Of a stretch of DNA of 20,000 bases, positions 1 through 8,539 are shown one piece after another. The stretch is from an uncultured virus (IMG/VR IMGVR_UViG_3300021963_000089) (lineage: Duplodnaviria > Heunggongvirae > Uroviricota > Caudoviricetes). The translations under genes and the position numbers were made by a program. Within the stretch, counting starts at the first letter, position 1. Each line of letters starts with the position of its first letter. Where the stretch lies: the IMG/VR virus record IMGVR_UViG_3300021963_000089; one strand, given 5' to 3'. The notes below the pieces were generated by a model. The model did no database searches, had not been told where the DNA came from, and saw only the letters and a list, made by a program, of their open reading frames with translations.

Positions 1-828
1 GAGTTTTACAAACAAACTTACATCAAAGATCCAGTTGAAAAACGTGGAGCAAGTCAAGATTTGTGGATTTGGGATCGTCCAGACAATAGCAAAAACTATA
101 TCGTATCTGCTGACTGTGCTCGTGGTGATGGTGCTGACTATAGTGCATTTCATGTATTTGATGTTGACACATTGACACAAGTAGCGGAGTATAAGGGTCA
201 GTTAACTACCAAAGATTATGGTAACTTGTTGGTGGCAATTGCAACTGAATATAACAGTGCATTGCTTGTTGTAGAAAATAACAACATTGGTTGGGGAACA
301 CTACAACAAATTATTGATAGAGATTATCAAAACACTTTCTATAGCACACCAGATCTGAACGTGGTTGATGTAGAACACAATTACACAAACAAACTTAATG
401 CTCAAGATAAAAAATTAGTGCCGGGATTTACAACCACCAACAAGAATAGACCATTGATGGTAAGTAACATGGAATCGTGTTTCAGAGACAAGTCAGTCAC
501 TATAAGGTCTATTAGGACATATGAGGAACTCAATGTGTTTATCTGGAATGGTCCTAAGGCAGAAGCAATGAGGGGTTATAATGATGATTTGGTTATGGCT
601 CTTAGTATTGGTCTGTGGGTTCGTGGAACCGCATTAAAGTTGAGAACAGAACAAATGGCATATACACGAACAATGTTGAGCGGAATAACAAAAGTAACAA
701 ATACAACACCTGGTCCGTCATCACAATATAAAATCATTCAATCGCCTCAAGAAACGTGGCAATTTGAAACTGGAGGTGGTGGAGTTCCAGGCACAGGTAA
801 AAAAGAATCACTAACTTGGTTGTTGTAA
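1..828 (+). CDS. terL: Terminase large subunit, C-terminal RNase H-like nuclease domain (5'-truncated by the window)
   Basis: Frame is open from base 1 (EFYKQTYIKDP...). Motifs ADCARGDGADYSAF, LVVENNNIG and GYNDDLVMALSIG are typical of T4 gp17-like nuclease domains. Lies directly upstream of the portal. Confidence 0.93.
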   Translation, partial: EFYKQTYIKDPVEKRGASQDLWIWDRPDNSKNYIVSADCARGDGADYSAFHVFDVDTLTQVAEYKGQLTTKDYGNLLVAIATEYNSALLVVENNNIGWGTLQQIIDRDYQNTFYSTPDLNVVDVEHNYTNKLNAQDKKLVPGFTTTNKNRPLMVSNMESCFRDKSVTIRSIRTYEELNVFIWNGPKAEAMRGYNDDLVMALSIGLWVRGTALKLRTEQMAYTRTMLSGITKVTNTTPGPSSQYKIIQSPQETWQFETGGGGVPGTGKKESLTWLL

Positions 829-852
829 TACTTATATATAAGATAGCATTAT

Positions 853-2829
853 ATGGATGACAAATCATTTCAAGAGTTAAAAAATAGGTCACTTTACGCT
901 AGGCTGAAGAGACTGTTCAGCAACGACGTAATTGTTCGTAACGTGGGTGGCAAAAAACTCAAGGTCATCGACACCGATGAAATTCAGTATGCTACCGACC
1001 GTAATAGTTTAAGAGATCGTTTCAATCGTCTCAGAACTACTGCGTATAATTCGTATACCCGTGACTTCAATTTGTCATATCAAAGCAGTCGTGTAGAACT
1101 GTTTCGTGATTATGATACGATGGACATGGACCCAATTTTGGCATCCGCATTGGACATTTATGCTGATGAATGCACCACTCGTAATGAAATGGGTGACATT
1201 ATCACTGTTCGTAGCACCAACGATGATATCAAGAGCATCTTAAATAATTTGTTCTATGACATCTTGAATATCGAATTCAACCTTTGGTCGTGGACTCGTA
1301 GTTTGGTCAAGTATGGCGATTTTTATTTGAGAATGCACATCAGTCCAGAGTATGGTGTTTACATGGTTGAACCACTCAGTAGTTACTATGTGACCCGTGT
1401 AGAAAATGCGCATCTACAAAATAAGAATTTCGTAAAGTTCCAAGTCAATCTTCCATATGGTAACAAGATTGAAGATTTGGAAAACTATCAGATGGCTCAT
1501 TTCCGTTTGTTGAGTGATAGTAATTTCTTGCCTTATGGTAAGAGTATGTTGGAAGGTGCTCGTCGTGTTTGGAAACAGTTGAGTTTGATGGAAGACGCAA
1601 TGTTGATTCATCGTATCATGCGTGCTCCAGAAAAACGTATTTTCAAGATTGATATTGGTAACATTCCGCCAAACGAAGTTGATAATCACATGGAGAGAAT
1701 CATTCAACAAATGAAGAAGACTCCATATTTGGATCAAGCAACTGGTGATTACAATCTTCGTTTCAATCTACAGAACATGGTTGAGGACTTTTTCTTGCCA
1801 GTTCGCGGTGGTGATAGTGGAACTGCTATTGATAACTTGCCAGGTCTTGAATGGACTGGAACAGACGATATCGAATATCTACGTAACAAGATGATGGCAG
1901 CTCTTAAAATTCCTAAGGCATTCTTGGGTTACGACGAGAGTTTGAGTGGTAAGGCTACACTTGCTGCCGAAGATATTCGTTTTGCCAGAACGATCCAACG
2001 TATTCAACGTATCATTGTTAGTGAGTTGAACAAGATTGCTGTGGTTCATTTGTATAGTCAAGGATACAGAGACGAGTCACTCGTTGATTTTAGTCTTGAA
2101 TTGACCAATCCTTCTACAATCTTTGAAAAGGAAAAGATTGATGTATGGAAGAGCAAGGTTGAAGTCAGTAAGGACATGCAAGAACAAAAGTTGTTTAGCA
2201 AGAAGTGGATTTATGAAAATGTCTTTGGTATGAGTGATCAAGACATGATTATGTTGCAAAAACAACTTGTTGATGATGCTAAGGGAACTTACAGATTTAA
2301 GCAGATCGAAGAAGACGGTAACGATCCTGCATTGAACTTCCTCAAGGCCAAGGGCTCAGAAGGAGAAGACGGAGCCGGAGGCGCGGAAGGGGGTAGCGCT
2401 GGTGGAGGCGAAGAAGCGGCAGGCGGAGGAGAAGTAGGAGGAGGTGCTGAAACCAGCGCTACAGCTCCCGCAGGTGGAGAAACTGCTCCAGCTGGTGGTG
2501 GAGAAACGCCAAAATTGACTGAAAAAGTTAAGATGTCTGCTCATGAACGTGCGGAAGCAAACCGTAAAAAAGAAGAAAACCGTGATAGGGACCAAACTGG
2601 TAGAAAAGATGCTAGAAAATACCCATTTGGTGAAGATCCACTTGGAACACTAGAGAACAATAGTGACAGTGATTTGTCTCCTACTCACAAATATAAGAAA
2701 CGTTCTCCATTGTCTTTAGAATCAATGGAATCACTATCGACAATTCTACAAGGATTGGATAAGTCCAAAGAAATTTTGAGAGAAGGAGTATCAGGATCTT
2801 ATATGGACGAAACAAACATCAAAGAATGA
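853..2829 (+). CDS. gp20: Portal protein (T4 gp20-like) with a long low-complexity C-terminal tail
   Basis: Motifs YGKSMLEGARRVWKQLSLMEDAMLIHRIMRAPEKRIFKIDIGNIPP, EDFFLPVRGG, DIEYLRNKMMAALKIPKAFL and EDIRFARTIQRIQ. Position after terminase. Confidence 0.95.
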   Translation: MDDKSFQELKNRSLYARLKRLFSNDVIVRNVGGKKLKVIDTDEIQYATDRNSLRDRFNRLRTTAYNSYTRDFNLSYQSSRVELFRDYDTMDMDPILASALDIYADECTTRNEMGDIITVRSTNDDIKSILNNLFYDILNIEFNLWSWTRSLVKYGDFYLRMHISPEYGVYMVEPLSSYYVTRVENAHLQNKNFVKFQVNLPYGNKIEDLENYQMAHFRLLSDSNFLPYGKSMLEGARRVWKQLSLMEDAMLIHRIMRAPEKRIFKIDIGNIPPNEVDNHMERIIQQMKKTPYLDQATGDYNLRFNLQNMVEDFFLPVRGGDSGTAIDNLPGLEWTGTDDIEYLRNKMMAALKIPKAFLGYDESLSGKATLAAEDIRFARTIQRIQRIIVSELNKIAVVHLYSQGYRDESLVDFSLELTNPSTIFEKEKIDVWKSKVEVSKDMQEQKLFSKKWIYENVFGMSDQDMIMLQKQLVDDAKGTYRFKQIEEDGNDPALNFLKAKGSEGEDGAGGAEGGSAGGGEEAAGGGEVGGGAETSATAPAGGETAPAGGGETPKLTEKVKMSAHERAEANRKKEENRDRDQTGRKDARKYPFGEDPLGTLENNSDSDLSPTHKYKKRSPLSLESMESLSTILQGLDKSKEILREGVSGSYMDETNIKE

Positions 2830-2859
2830 TATAAATCCGATGATTTTCCAAATTTCAAT

Positions 2860-2868
2860 ATATTTATA
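2860..2868 (+). promoter_or_regulatory. ATATTTATA upstream motif (putative late promoter)
   Basis: 16 nt before ATG 2885; one of a recurring set. Confidence 0.6.
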
Positions 2869-2884
2869 AATAATAGAGAACTAT

Positions 2885-3757
2885 ATGCGCAAAAAAGCTA
2901 AACATTCTAAGTTTAAGAATAGCGGAGTATTGTTTGAGTTGCTCACGCGACAGATTACCGCAGATATATTGGCAGGTCGTGACGAATCGTTCACCAAGAA
3001 TTTGATGTTCAAATATTTTAACGAAAGCACTGCGCTCGGAAAAGAATTTCAACTATACAATTTTATAGTAAGTCAATCTTCTAAAAATGCCGAGTCTGCT
3101 GATCGTATTTTGAACGTAGTATTACAAACTCGTTCAAAACTAAATGAACGTGAGTTGAACTCCGAAAAATACAACCTCATCAAAGAAATCAAGGAGCAGT
3201 TCAACATCGATGAATTTCTAAAGAATAAAATTCCAAACTATAAACTTTATGCCTCGGTATACAAGTTGTTTGAAAACCAAGGATCTGATGAAGTTAAGTT
3301 TGATGTAGAAGAAATTTTGGAAGCAAGAGAGTGTGTGGTAGAAAGTTTGACAAGAGAAAAGAAGAACGAAGAACAAGCTTTGGATGTATATAGTTCTCAA
3401 CCAGCCGAAGTGAAGTTACTCGCATATAAGTTCTTGATCGAAAACTTCAATAAGAAGTATTCTTCTTTGTTGCCTGCTCAAAAGGTATTGTTGAAAGAAT
3501 TTATTACAAACGTTTCCAACACTAACAAGTTTACTGAATTTGTTAATAACGAATACAAGAGGGTTGCTGACCTTCTCAAGGAAAGATCGATTTTGGTTAA
3601 GAATGATATTATCAAGATCAAGCTTAACGAAACGGTTGCTCAGCTTTCAAACAAAACACTTACAGGCATTGTAAAGGAGAATCAATTGACTCCTCTTTTG
3701 AGTGCTTATGAGTTGATAGAAGAATTGAATAAACTTGCTGATGAAAAAGCTTCTTAA
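2885..3757 (+). CDS. Hypothetical helical protein in the portal-protease interval (possible prohead core component)
   Basis: 290-aa ORF with ATATTTATA at 2860-2868. Occupies the slot where T4 encodes gp67/gp68; function inferred from position only. Confidence 0.7.
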   Translation: MRKKAKHSKFKNSGVLFELLTRQITADILAGRDESFTKNLMFKYFNESTALGKEFQLYNFIVSQSSKNAESADRILNVVLQTRSKLNERELNSEKYNLIKEIKEQFNIDEFLKNKIPNYKLYASVYKLFENQGSDEVKFDVEEILEARECVVESLTREKKNEEQALDVYSSQPAEVKLLAYKFLIENFNKKYSSLLPAQKVLLKEFITNVSNTNKFTEFVNNEYKRVADLLKERSILVKNDIIKIKLNETVAQLSNKTLTGIVKENQLTPLLSAYELIEELNKLADEKAS

Positions 3758-4850
3758 AGAATCAGGCGATCCATTTAGAGATATTGTAAAAAAATACGCT
3801 CAATTGTATCGTGATAATGAATTGGCACGCATTGATAAAGCGCAATATCACGCGTGGCTACAAGCACATGCTGACAAGATTACACCAGCTGTAAAAGCAA
3901 GTGTCGAAAAAAAAGTCAAGGATCAGTTAAAGAATAAGAATGAAGCATCCACCAGTAGTGCTGCTGGTGCTTATATGACTCCCTTTGCCTTTTCTCGTAA
4001 AGGGCCTGGAAATGTTAGAGCTGCAACACAACTTGGTTTCAAGTTGGCTAAACCAGTCAAGAAAAGTCCTGGATATGCTTTAGAAAACCAAATGTATAGT
4101 GAGCCAGCATATGTGACACCAGCACAGAACATTGAACCTGTAGATACCTACGAGGATGAAAATGGATTGGTTCAACATGGAGATCCAGAATTAGATCCAG
4201 GTTTGGCAGGCAAGACACAAACAACTCTTCCAACTACAGAACAACGTAATTCTGTAAAGAAGATCGTTGAAGGATATCGTGCTTCTAGATTTTTGACTAG
4301 AGAAGCGGAAGCTGGCCAACAACCTGCTCCAGCTCAACCTCAACAACAAGCTGCTCCTCAACAAGCTGAACCCGCTGTTAATGTTCAATCATATGACATC
4401 CAACCAGACTTTACTCAATTTGACACCAAGTTGAAGGATGCAACTGAACAAACTAAGTTGGAACTTCAAAAGAAGATTCAAGACCAAATTTTAAACAAAA
4501 AGATTGTGGTTCGTGCTAGCAAGGGATACAAACAACCAGAAACAGATTACACAATCAATGTTACTGGTGTTCAAATCGATTACTATTATGATCGATATGT
4601 AATCATCATTCTAGGTCGTGAAGAAAGTAAACAAAAGGCAGCCAAGTTCTTTGTAAAGCCTGGATTCAAGATTAAGATTTTGGGACCAGCCGATGTAAAG
4701 CAAAGAGACAAGTATCAAATTGCTAAATCAAAAGCATTGGTTGATCCATCACAACAAACGTCTGCTGGAGCATCTAATGTTGTAACTTCAAAACAACAAC
4801 CAGCTAAACCAGAAGAAAAACCTGAGGCACAACCAGCCCTACCAGCTTAA
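3741..4850 (+). CDS. Hypothetical head-region protein with MKKLLKE leader and Q/P/A-rich linkers
   Basis: ATG at 3741 overlaps the upstream gene end. The stop is 1 nt before the protease ATG. Confidence 0.7.
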   Translation: MKKLLKESGDPFRDIVKKYAQLYRDNELARIDKAQYHAWLQAHADKITPAVKASVEKKVKDQLKNKNEASTSSAAGAYMTPFAFSRKGPGNVRAATQLGFKLAKPVKKSPGYALENQMYSEPAYVTPAQNIEPVDTYEDENGLVQHGDPELDPGLAGKTQTTLPTTEQRNSVKKIVEGYRASRFLTREAEAGQQPAPAQPQQQAAPQQAEPAVNVQSYDIQPDFTQFDTKLKDATEQTKLELQKKIQDQILNKKIVVRASKGYKQPETDYTINVTGVQIDYYYDRYVIIILGREESKQKAAKFFVKPGFKIKILGPADVKQRDKYQIAKSKALVDPSQQTSAGASNVVTSKQQPAKPEEKPEAQPALPA

Positions 4851-4851
4851 T

Positions 4852-5460
4852 ATGAAAACAGTATTAATTGACGTATTACCATTTGAATTCAAAAAGACCG
4901 CACTTAACGAATCGTTGAGTAGTGGTAAACTTCTTGTGACCGGCACACTACAACGTGCTGAAGCAAAGAACCAAAATGGTAGAATTTATCCAAAAGAAAT
5001 TTTAGAGCGTGAAGCTACTAAATACATGGACAACTTTGTTAAGCAACGTCGTGCCATGGGTGAACTTGACCATCCAGAGTCTTCTGTTGTTAACTTGAAG
5101 AATGTCAGTCATAACATCGTAGACATGGGTTGGGATGGTGATGATTTGGTTGGAACTGTAGAAATTCTTCCAACTCCAAGTGGTAACATTCTTAAGGATC
5201 TTCTCAAGGCTGGTATTCTATTGGGTATCAGTAGCCGTGGTTTGGGTAGTGTTAAGAAAGATATGAGAGAGGGTGCCGATGTGGTTCAAGACGATTTTGA
5301 CTTGATCGCATTTGATTTTGTAAGTAATCCTTCTACTCAAGGTGCATTCATGTATCCACAAGGAAAGATCACTGAAAGTGTAAATCCTTCTGGAAATAGA
5401 ATCATCAATCCTTATTCAAATATTGAGAGAATCATTCACGATATCATCTCAGAGTTGTAA
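4852..5460 (+). CDS. gp21: Prohead core protease (T4 gp21-like)
   Basis: Motifs NQNGRIYPKEIL, AMGELDHP (catalytic His), VSH, GISSRGLGS (catalytic Ser) and FDFVSNPSTQGA. Confidence 0.95.
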   Translation: MKTVLIDVLPFEFKKTALNESLSSGKLLVTGTLQRAEAKNQNGRIYPKEILEREATKYMDNFVKQRRAMGELDHPESSVVNLKNVSHNIVDMGWDGDDLVGTVEILPTPSGNILKDLLKAGILLGISSRGLGSVKKDMREGADVVQDDFDLIAFDFVSNPSTQGAFMYPQGKITESVNPSGNRIINPYSNIERIIHDIISEL

Positions 5461-5557
5461 GTAGTATGTCTGTCAAATCAAAAACCTTGGAAAGAAGACT
5501 TCTTGGGTTTTGGAGTATTAATAAGAAAATAATTGAGACAGAATCACAATTTTAACT

Positions 5558-5566
5558 ATATTTATT
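5558..5566 (+). promoter_or_regulatory. ATATTTATT upstream motif (putative late promoter)
   Basis: 4 nt before ATG 5571. Confidence 0.55.
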
Positions 5567-5570
5567 GTAT

Positions 5571-6116
5571 ATGATAAAGCTAAGACATCTAGTAGAGAAT
5601 TCCACAGAAACCGCTTATTCTCCTTTGACCAAGGAAGAGAAGATTAAACTACGTGAGACAGTAAAGGCTTATAACGAATATCGTAAGAGTCTCAAAGCTG
5701 ACTGTGTATATTCTACCGCTTCCAAGATTATGGAAGCAGTCAATTTGGCTGAACGCTATGCTATCAAGGAGTGTGGTGAGTGGATGGAAGCAAAGATGGT
5801 CGAGCGTGACATGAAGGAAGTCAAGAAGTTGGCTGCGAAGCTTTATGAAGAAGCAAACAAGATCAAGGGTGTCGAACATCAACTTGAAATGCTTTATGAA
5901 GAAATTGGTTTGAAGTTGGAACGTTACTTTGAAATTTCTGATCCGGTCACCGAGGCTCCACAAGCATTTCAGACACAAAATCATCAAGGTTCGGTAAGCA
6001 CTGCAAGTCCTCCTGACCCAGCTGCTTGGGGAACAGCTGTAGAGAATAAAGAATTGGCCGGTGCTCAACCAATTACACAACCACACCAACAACCACCTTA
6101 TCAATCACAGAGGTAA
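5571..6116 (+). CDS. Hypothetical coiled-coil protein with MIKLRHLVE leader
   Basis: ATG at 5571, 4 nt after ATATTTATT (5558-5566). Helical, charged core with a Q/P-rich tail. Confidence 0.75.
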   Translation: MIKLRHLVENSTETAYSPLTKEEKIKLRETVKAYNEYRKSLKADCVYSTASKIMEAVNLAERYAIKECGEWMEAKMVERDMKEVKKLAAKLYEEANKIKGVEHQLEMLYEEIGLKLERYFEISDPVTEAPQAFQTQNHQGSVSTASPPDPAAWGTAVENKELAGAQPITQPHQQPPYQSQR

Positions 6117-6123
6117 GATTGAT

Positions 6124-6288
6124 ATGAAAATGTTTTTGCTTGAAGCCTGGTGTTGGTCTTATGGTGTAGGAAATTGGATTGTAGATCACAAAAACATCTT
6201 GGCGATTATAACTACATTAATTGTTATTGGTAAAGTATATTGGTCTGCGTTTAAGACACAGACCATGATTCGATCAGCACAAAGGTGA
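6124..6288 (+). CDS. Small predicted membrane protein (54 aa)
   Basis: ATG at 6124 preceded by GAGGT. One hydrophobic stretch, ILAIITTLIVIGKVYW. Fills the gap between flanking genes. Confidence 0.45.
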   Translation: MKMFLLEAWCWSYGVGNWIVDHKNILAIITTLIVIGKVYWSAFKTQTMIRSAQR

Positions 6289-6290
6289 GA

Positions 6291-6650
6291 TCATTTAGCT
6301 TTTAGTTTGGGATCTGTTGGAATCGAATCAATAAATTCGATCATCTTCTTAAAAGTTTCGAAAACATGACGACGGGTAGTTTCGAGAACATATCCATCTT
6401 CGTCTTTATAAACCTTAACTGGAACTTTTTCTTCCATCATTTCTAAAGTAGGCACTTCTACTTCACACACCATATCAGTGTCATTGTCGATTTTGAATCC
6501 CATATCACCAAGGGTCTCAATTTCATTGAAGCTCCAACCATTTGGGTGATCAATGTCAATCAACTTGTATTTTGGAGAATCGGTTTCGTCCCCACCCTTG
6601 TTTAGGAAATTGCTCAATTTAACTTGAGCATATAGGTTTTTATAGTCCAT
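6291..6650 (-). CDS. Hypothetical protein (119 aa, start MDYKNLY)
   Basis: ATG at 6650 overlaps the stop of the upstream minus-strand gene by 11 nt. Normal globular composition. Confidence 0.7.
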   Translation of the reverse strand: MDYKNLYAQVKLSNFLNKGGDETDSPKYKLIDIDHPNGWSFNEIETLGDMGFKIDNDTDMVCEVEVPTLEMMEEKVPVKVYKDEDGYVLETTRRHVFETFKKMIEFIDSIPTDPKLKAK

Positions 6651-7248
6651 ATGAATTAATTCTATCAATGAAGTCTGCTAATATTTTGTTTTTTTCTTCA
6701 CCACCATCATTATCAAAGATACTGCTCAACATGTATACTACTTTTTCTTTGTTATCTTCTGGATTATCACTTTGTTTAGATGGTGTGATACCAATAAAGC
6801 AACCGTAATTGTATAAGCCTGGATTTTGGTTATTCACTAACTTCTTAAACACATAATCTTTGTTTGATTCGTTGCTAGTGATATTTGCTTTGATTTCGTT
6901 ACTACTCTTTTTGTGAACAAAATTTGCTTTACCAAATCCACCAAAACCATTTTGTTTGTTTTGGAATGTTAGAAGTTCTGCTTTATCAAACTTTACACCC
7001 GAGTTTTCTCTCAATACATCGTCCAATGTTTTATCTGGAACTTCTTGCATCTTTGCAGAACTGAATTCAGATTCACTTAAATTCTTTAGTAACTCTTTCA
7101 ACTTGGTGAAATCTCTTACAGCCTTTGGTGACATACTTTTCGCGGTCTTTCTCAAGTCCTTAGATACGTCCTTCGCAGGAACATCACCTTTTTGAACTGC
7201 TCTAACGAGTCTAAAATATTGTGCTTGTTTTTCAGATTTTGCTGGCAT
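6640..7248 (-). CDS. Hypothetical protein with N-terminal MPAKSEKQ domain (DUF3008-like)
   Basis: Likely start is ATG at 7248, 5 nt after ATATTTATA on the minus strand. N-terminus MPAKSEKQAQYF...KG...AKSMS..AVRDF resembles the DUF3008 pattern (recalled, not searched). Confidence 0.7.
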   Translation of the reverse strand: MPAKSEKQAQYFRLVRAVQKGDVPAKDVSKDLRKTAKSMSPKAVRDFTKLKELLKNLSESEFSSAKMQEVPDKTLDDVLRENSGVKFDKAELLTFQNKQNGFGGFGKANFVHKKSSNEIKANITSNESNKDYVFKKLVNNQNPGLYNYGCFIGITPSKQSDNPEDNKEKVVYMLSSIFDNDGGEEKNKILADFIDRINSYGL

Positions 7249-7253
7249 ACATC

Positions 7254-7262
7254 TATAAATAT
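7254..7262 (-). promoter_or_regulatory. ATATTTATA upstream motif on the minus strand
   Basis: 5 nt before the minus-strand ATG at 7248. Orientation follows the gene. Confidence 0.6.
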
Positions 7263-7293
7263 CAAAAAAATTGCCATTTTCCAAATTTAAATT

Positions 7294-7302
7294 ATATTTA
7301 TT
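7294..7302 (+). promoter_or_regulatory. ATATTTATT motif upstream of the scaffold-capsid unit
   Basis: About 96 nt before ATG 7399, divergent from the 7254-7262 copy. Confidence 0.55.
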
Positions 7303-7398
7303 ATCAAATGCGTCAATGTCTTTGATGCCACGGAATTTAAATCTTCTTTGGAGTTCTCCAATAACTTCACAAAACAACATAGGAAAGGCAAAATTAAT

Positions 7399-8493
7399 AT
7401 GAGCGATCTATTAAAGGAAAGCATCGCAGACGCAAAGGCAGTTCGTGAAACTGCAATTGCTAATGCAAAAACCTTTCTTGAGGAAAACTTCGCAAAGAGC
7501 ATGAAAGAAATGTTCGCAGAGAAGCTCAAGGAAGAGTCAGAACAAGAAAACGAAGGTAACGAAGAAGGCAAGATCGAAGAGAAGCTTGCATCTTCTGGTA
7601 TCGGTAAGGATGACAGTAATATTGCTTCTAAGCAACATCCAACCAAGCCTTCTACATCGGCAACAAAGAACACCACTCCAGCTGGAAAACAAGAGTTCGA
7701 CGCAACTCTTGAAGAAGGCGAAGAAATCACCAGCGAAGAGTTGGATGAGATTCTTGCTGAGTTGGAACAAGAAGGTAACAAGGAAGACGGTGAGGAAGAG
7801 AAGCATGAAGTTGTAGCTGAAGAAGAACAAGCTTCTGAAGAAGAAGTTGTTGATCTTGACGAACTTCTCGCTGAATTGGAAGAAGATGGTCAAGCACCAG
7901 TTGCCCCAGTGGCCCCAGTGGCCCCAGTTGCTGATCCAGCAGCTGCAGTAGCAGCACCAGCTGCCGCTATGGCTCCTCAAGCTCCAGTAGCACCAGTTGC
8001 TGGACAAGTTCCTTCCCCAATGGAAGGAGACACTAATGAAGAAGAAGTGACTGCTGAAGAAATGGCAGAAGCACTTGTTGCTATCAATGAAGAAAACGAA
8101 GCATTGAAGAATCAATTGAAGGAACATCAAAATACTGTGAAGTATTTGAAGGGTGTTCTTGAAGAAACCAATCTCTTGAATGCTAAGTTGCTTTATACCA
8201 ACAAGATCTTCAAGGGTAAGAATTTGACCGAAGACCAAAAGTTGAAGGTCATCAACACATTTGATCTCACCAAGACATTGCGTGAAATCAAATTGGCATA
8301 CACAGTTTTGGCCGAATCATTTAATGCCGGTGGATCAGTCGCCAAGAAAAAGTCAAATGCGACTGTCTCAACTATCACCGAAGGTTTGGCAAGCAAACCA
8401 GTATCCAGCACAAAGCCTGACTCTACGATTGTAGAACCTCAAGCTGATGTGATGGCTTCAAGATTCCAAAAGCTCGCAGGAATCAAGAAGTAA
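7399..8493 (+). CDS. Prohead scaffold/core protein (T4 gp22-like position)
   Basis: Very acidic and coiled-coil-rich, with a repeated LDE[IL]LAELE motif and C-terminal RFQKLAGI. Immediately upstream of the major capsid gene. AGGAAAGG precedes ATG 7399. Confidence 0.82.
   Translation: MSDLLKESIADAKAVRETAIANAKTFLEENFAKSMKEMFAEKLKEESEQENEGNEEGKIEEKLASSGIGKDDSNIASKQHPTKPSTSATKNTTPAGKQEFDATLEEGEEITSEELDEILAELEQEGNKEDGEEEKHEVVAEEEQASEEEVVDLDELLAELEEDGQAPVAPVAPVAPVADPAAAVAAPAAAMAPQAPVAPVAGQVPSPMEGDTNEEEVTAEEMAEALVAINEENEALKNQLKEHQNTVKYLKGVLEETNLLNAKLLYTNKIFKGKNLTEDQKLKVINTFDLTKTLREIKLAYTVLAESFNAGGSVAKKKSNATVSTITEGLASKPVSSTKPDSTIVEPQADVMASRFQKLAGIKK
7894..7929 (+). repeat. Four 9-bp tandem units (GCMCCAGTK) encoding APV x4 in the scaffold linker
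   Basis: gcaccagtt gccccagtg gccccagtg gccccagtt, read directly. Confidence 0.85.
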
Positions 8494-8539
8494 TTTGTTT
8501 GCGAGTAATTAACAAACCAAAAGATAGGAAAATAATATT

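Noticed and set aside
2865..2872. Canonical T4 late promoter TATAAATA on the + strand (also at 7254-7261)
   Set aside because: At 2865 it is half of the palindrome TATTTATAAATA. At 7254 it is the complement of the motif serving the minus-strand gene. The other upstream sites show only the TATTTAT orientation.
5480..5512. Terminator after the protease gene (AAAACC...GGTTTT)
   Set aside because: The inner stem has mismatches and several G-U pairs; too weak to call.
6611..6630. TGCTCAA-N6-TTGAGCA inverted repeat
   Set aside because: A single 7-bp stem inside a coding region, expected by chance.
7249..7398. ORF-track N-terminal extensions to 7380 (-) and 7348 (+)
   Set aside because: They use non-ATG starts, overlap each other and cover the divergent motif region. 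ATGs at 7248 and 7399 fit better.
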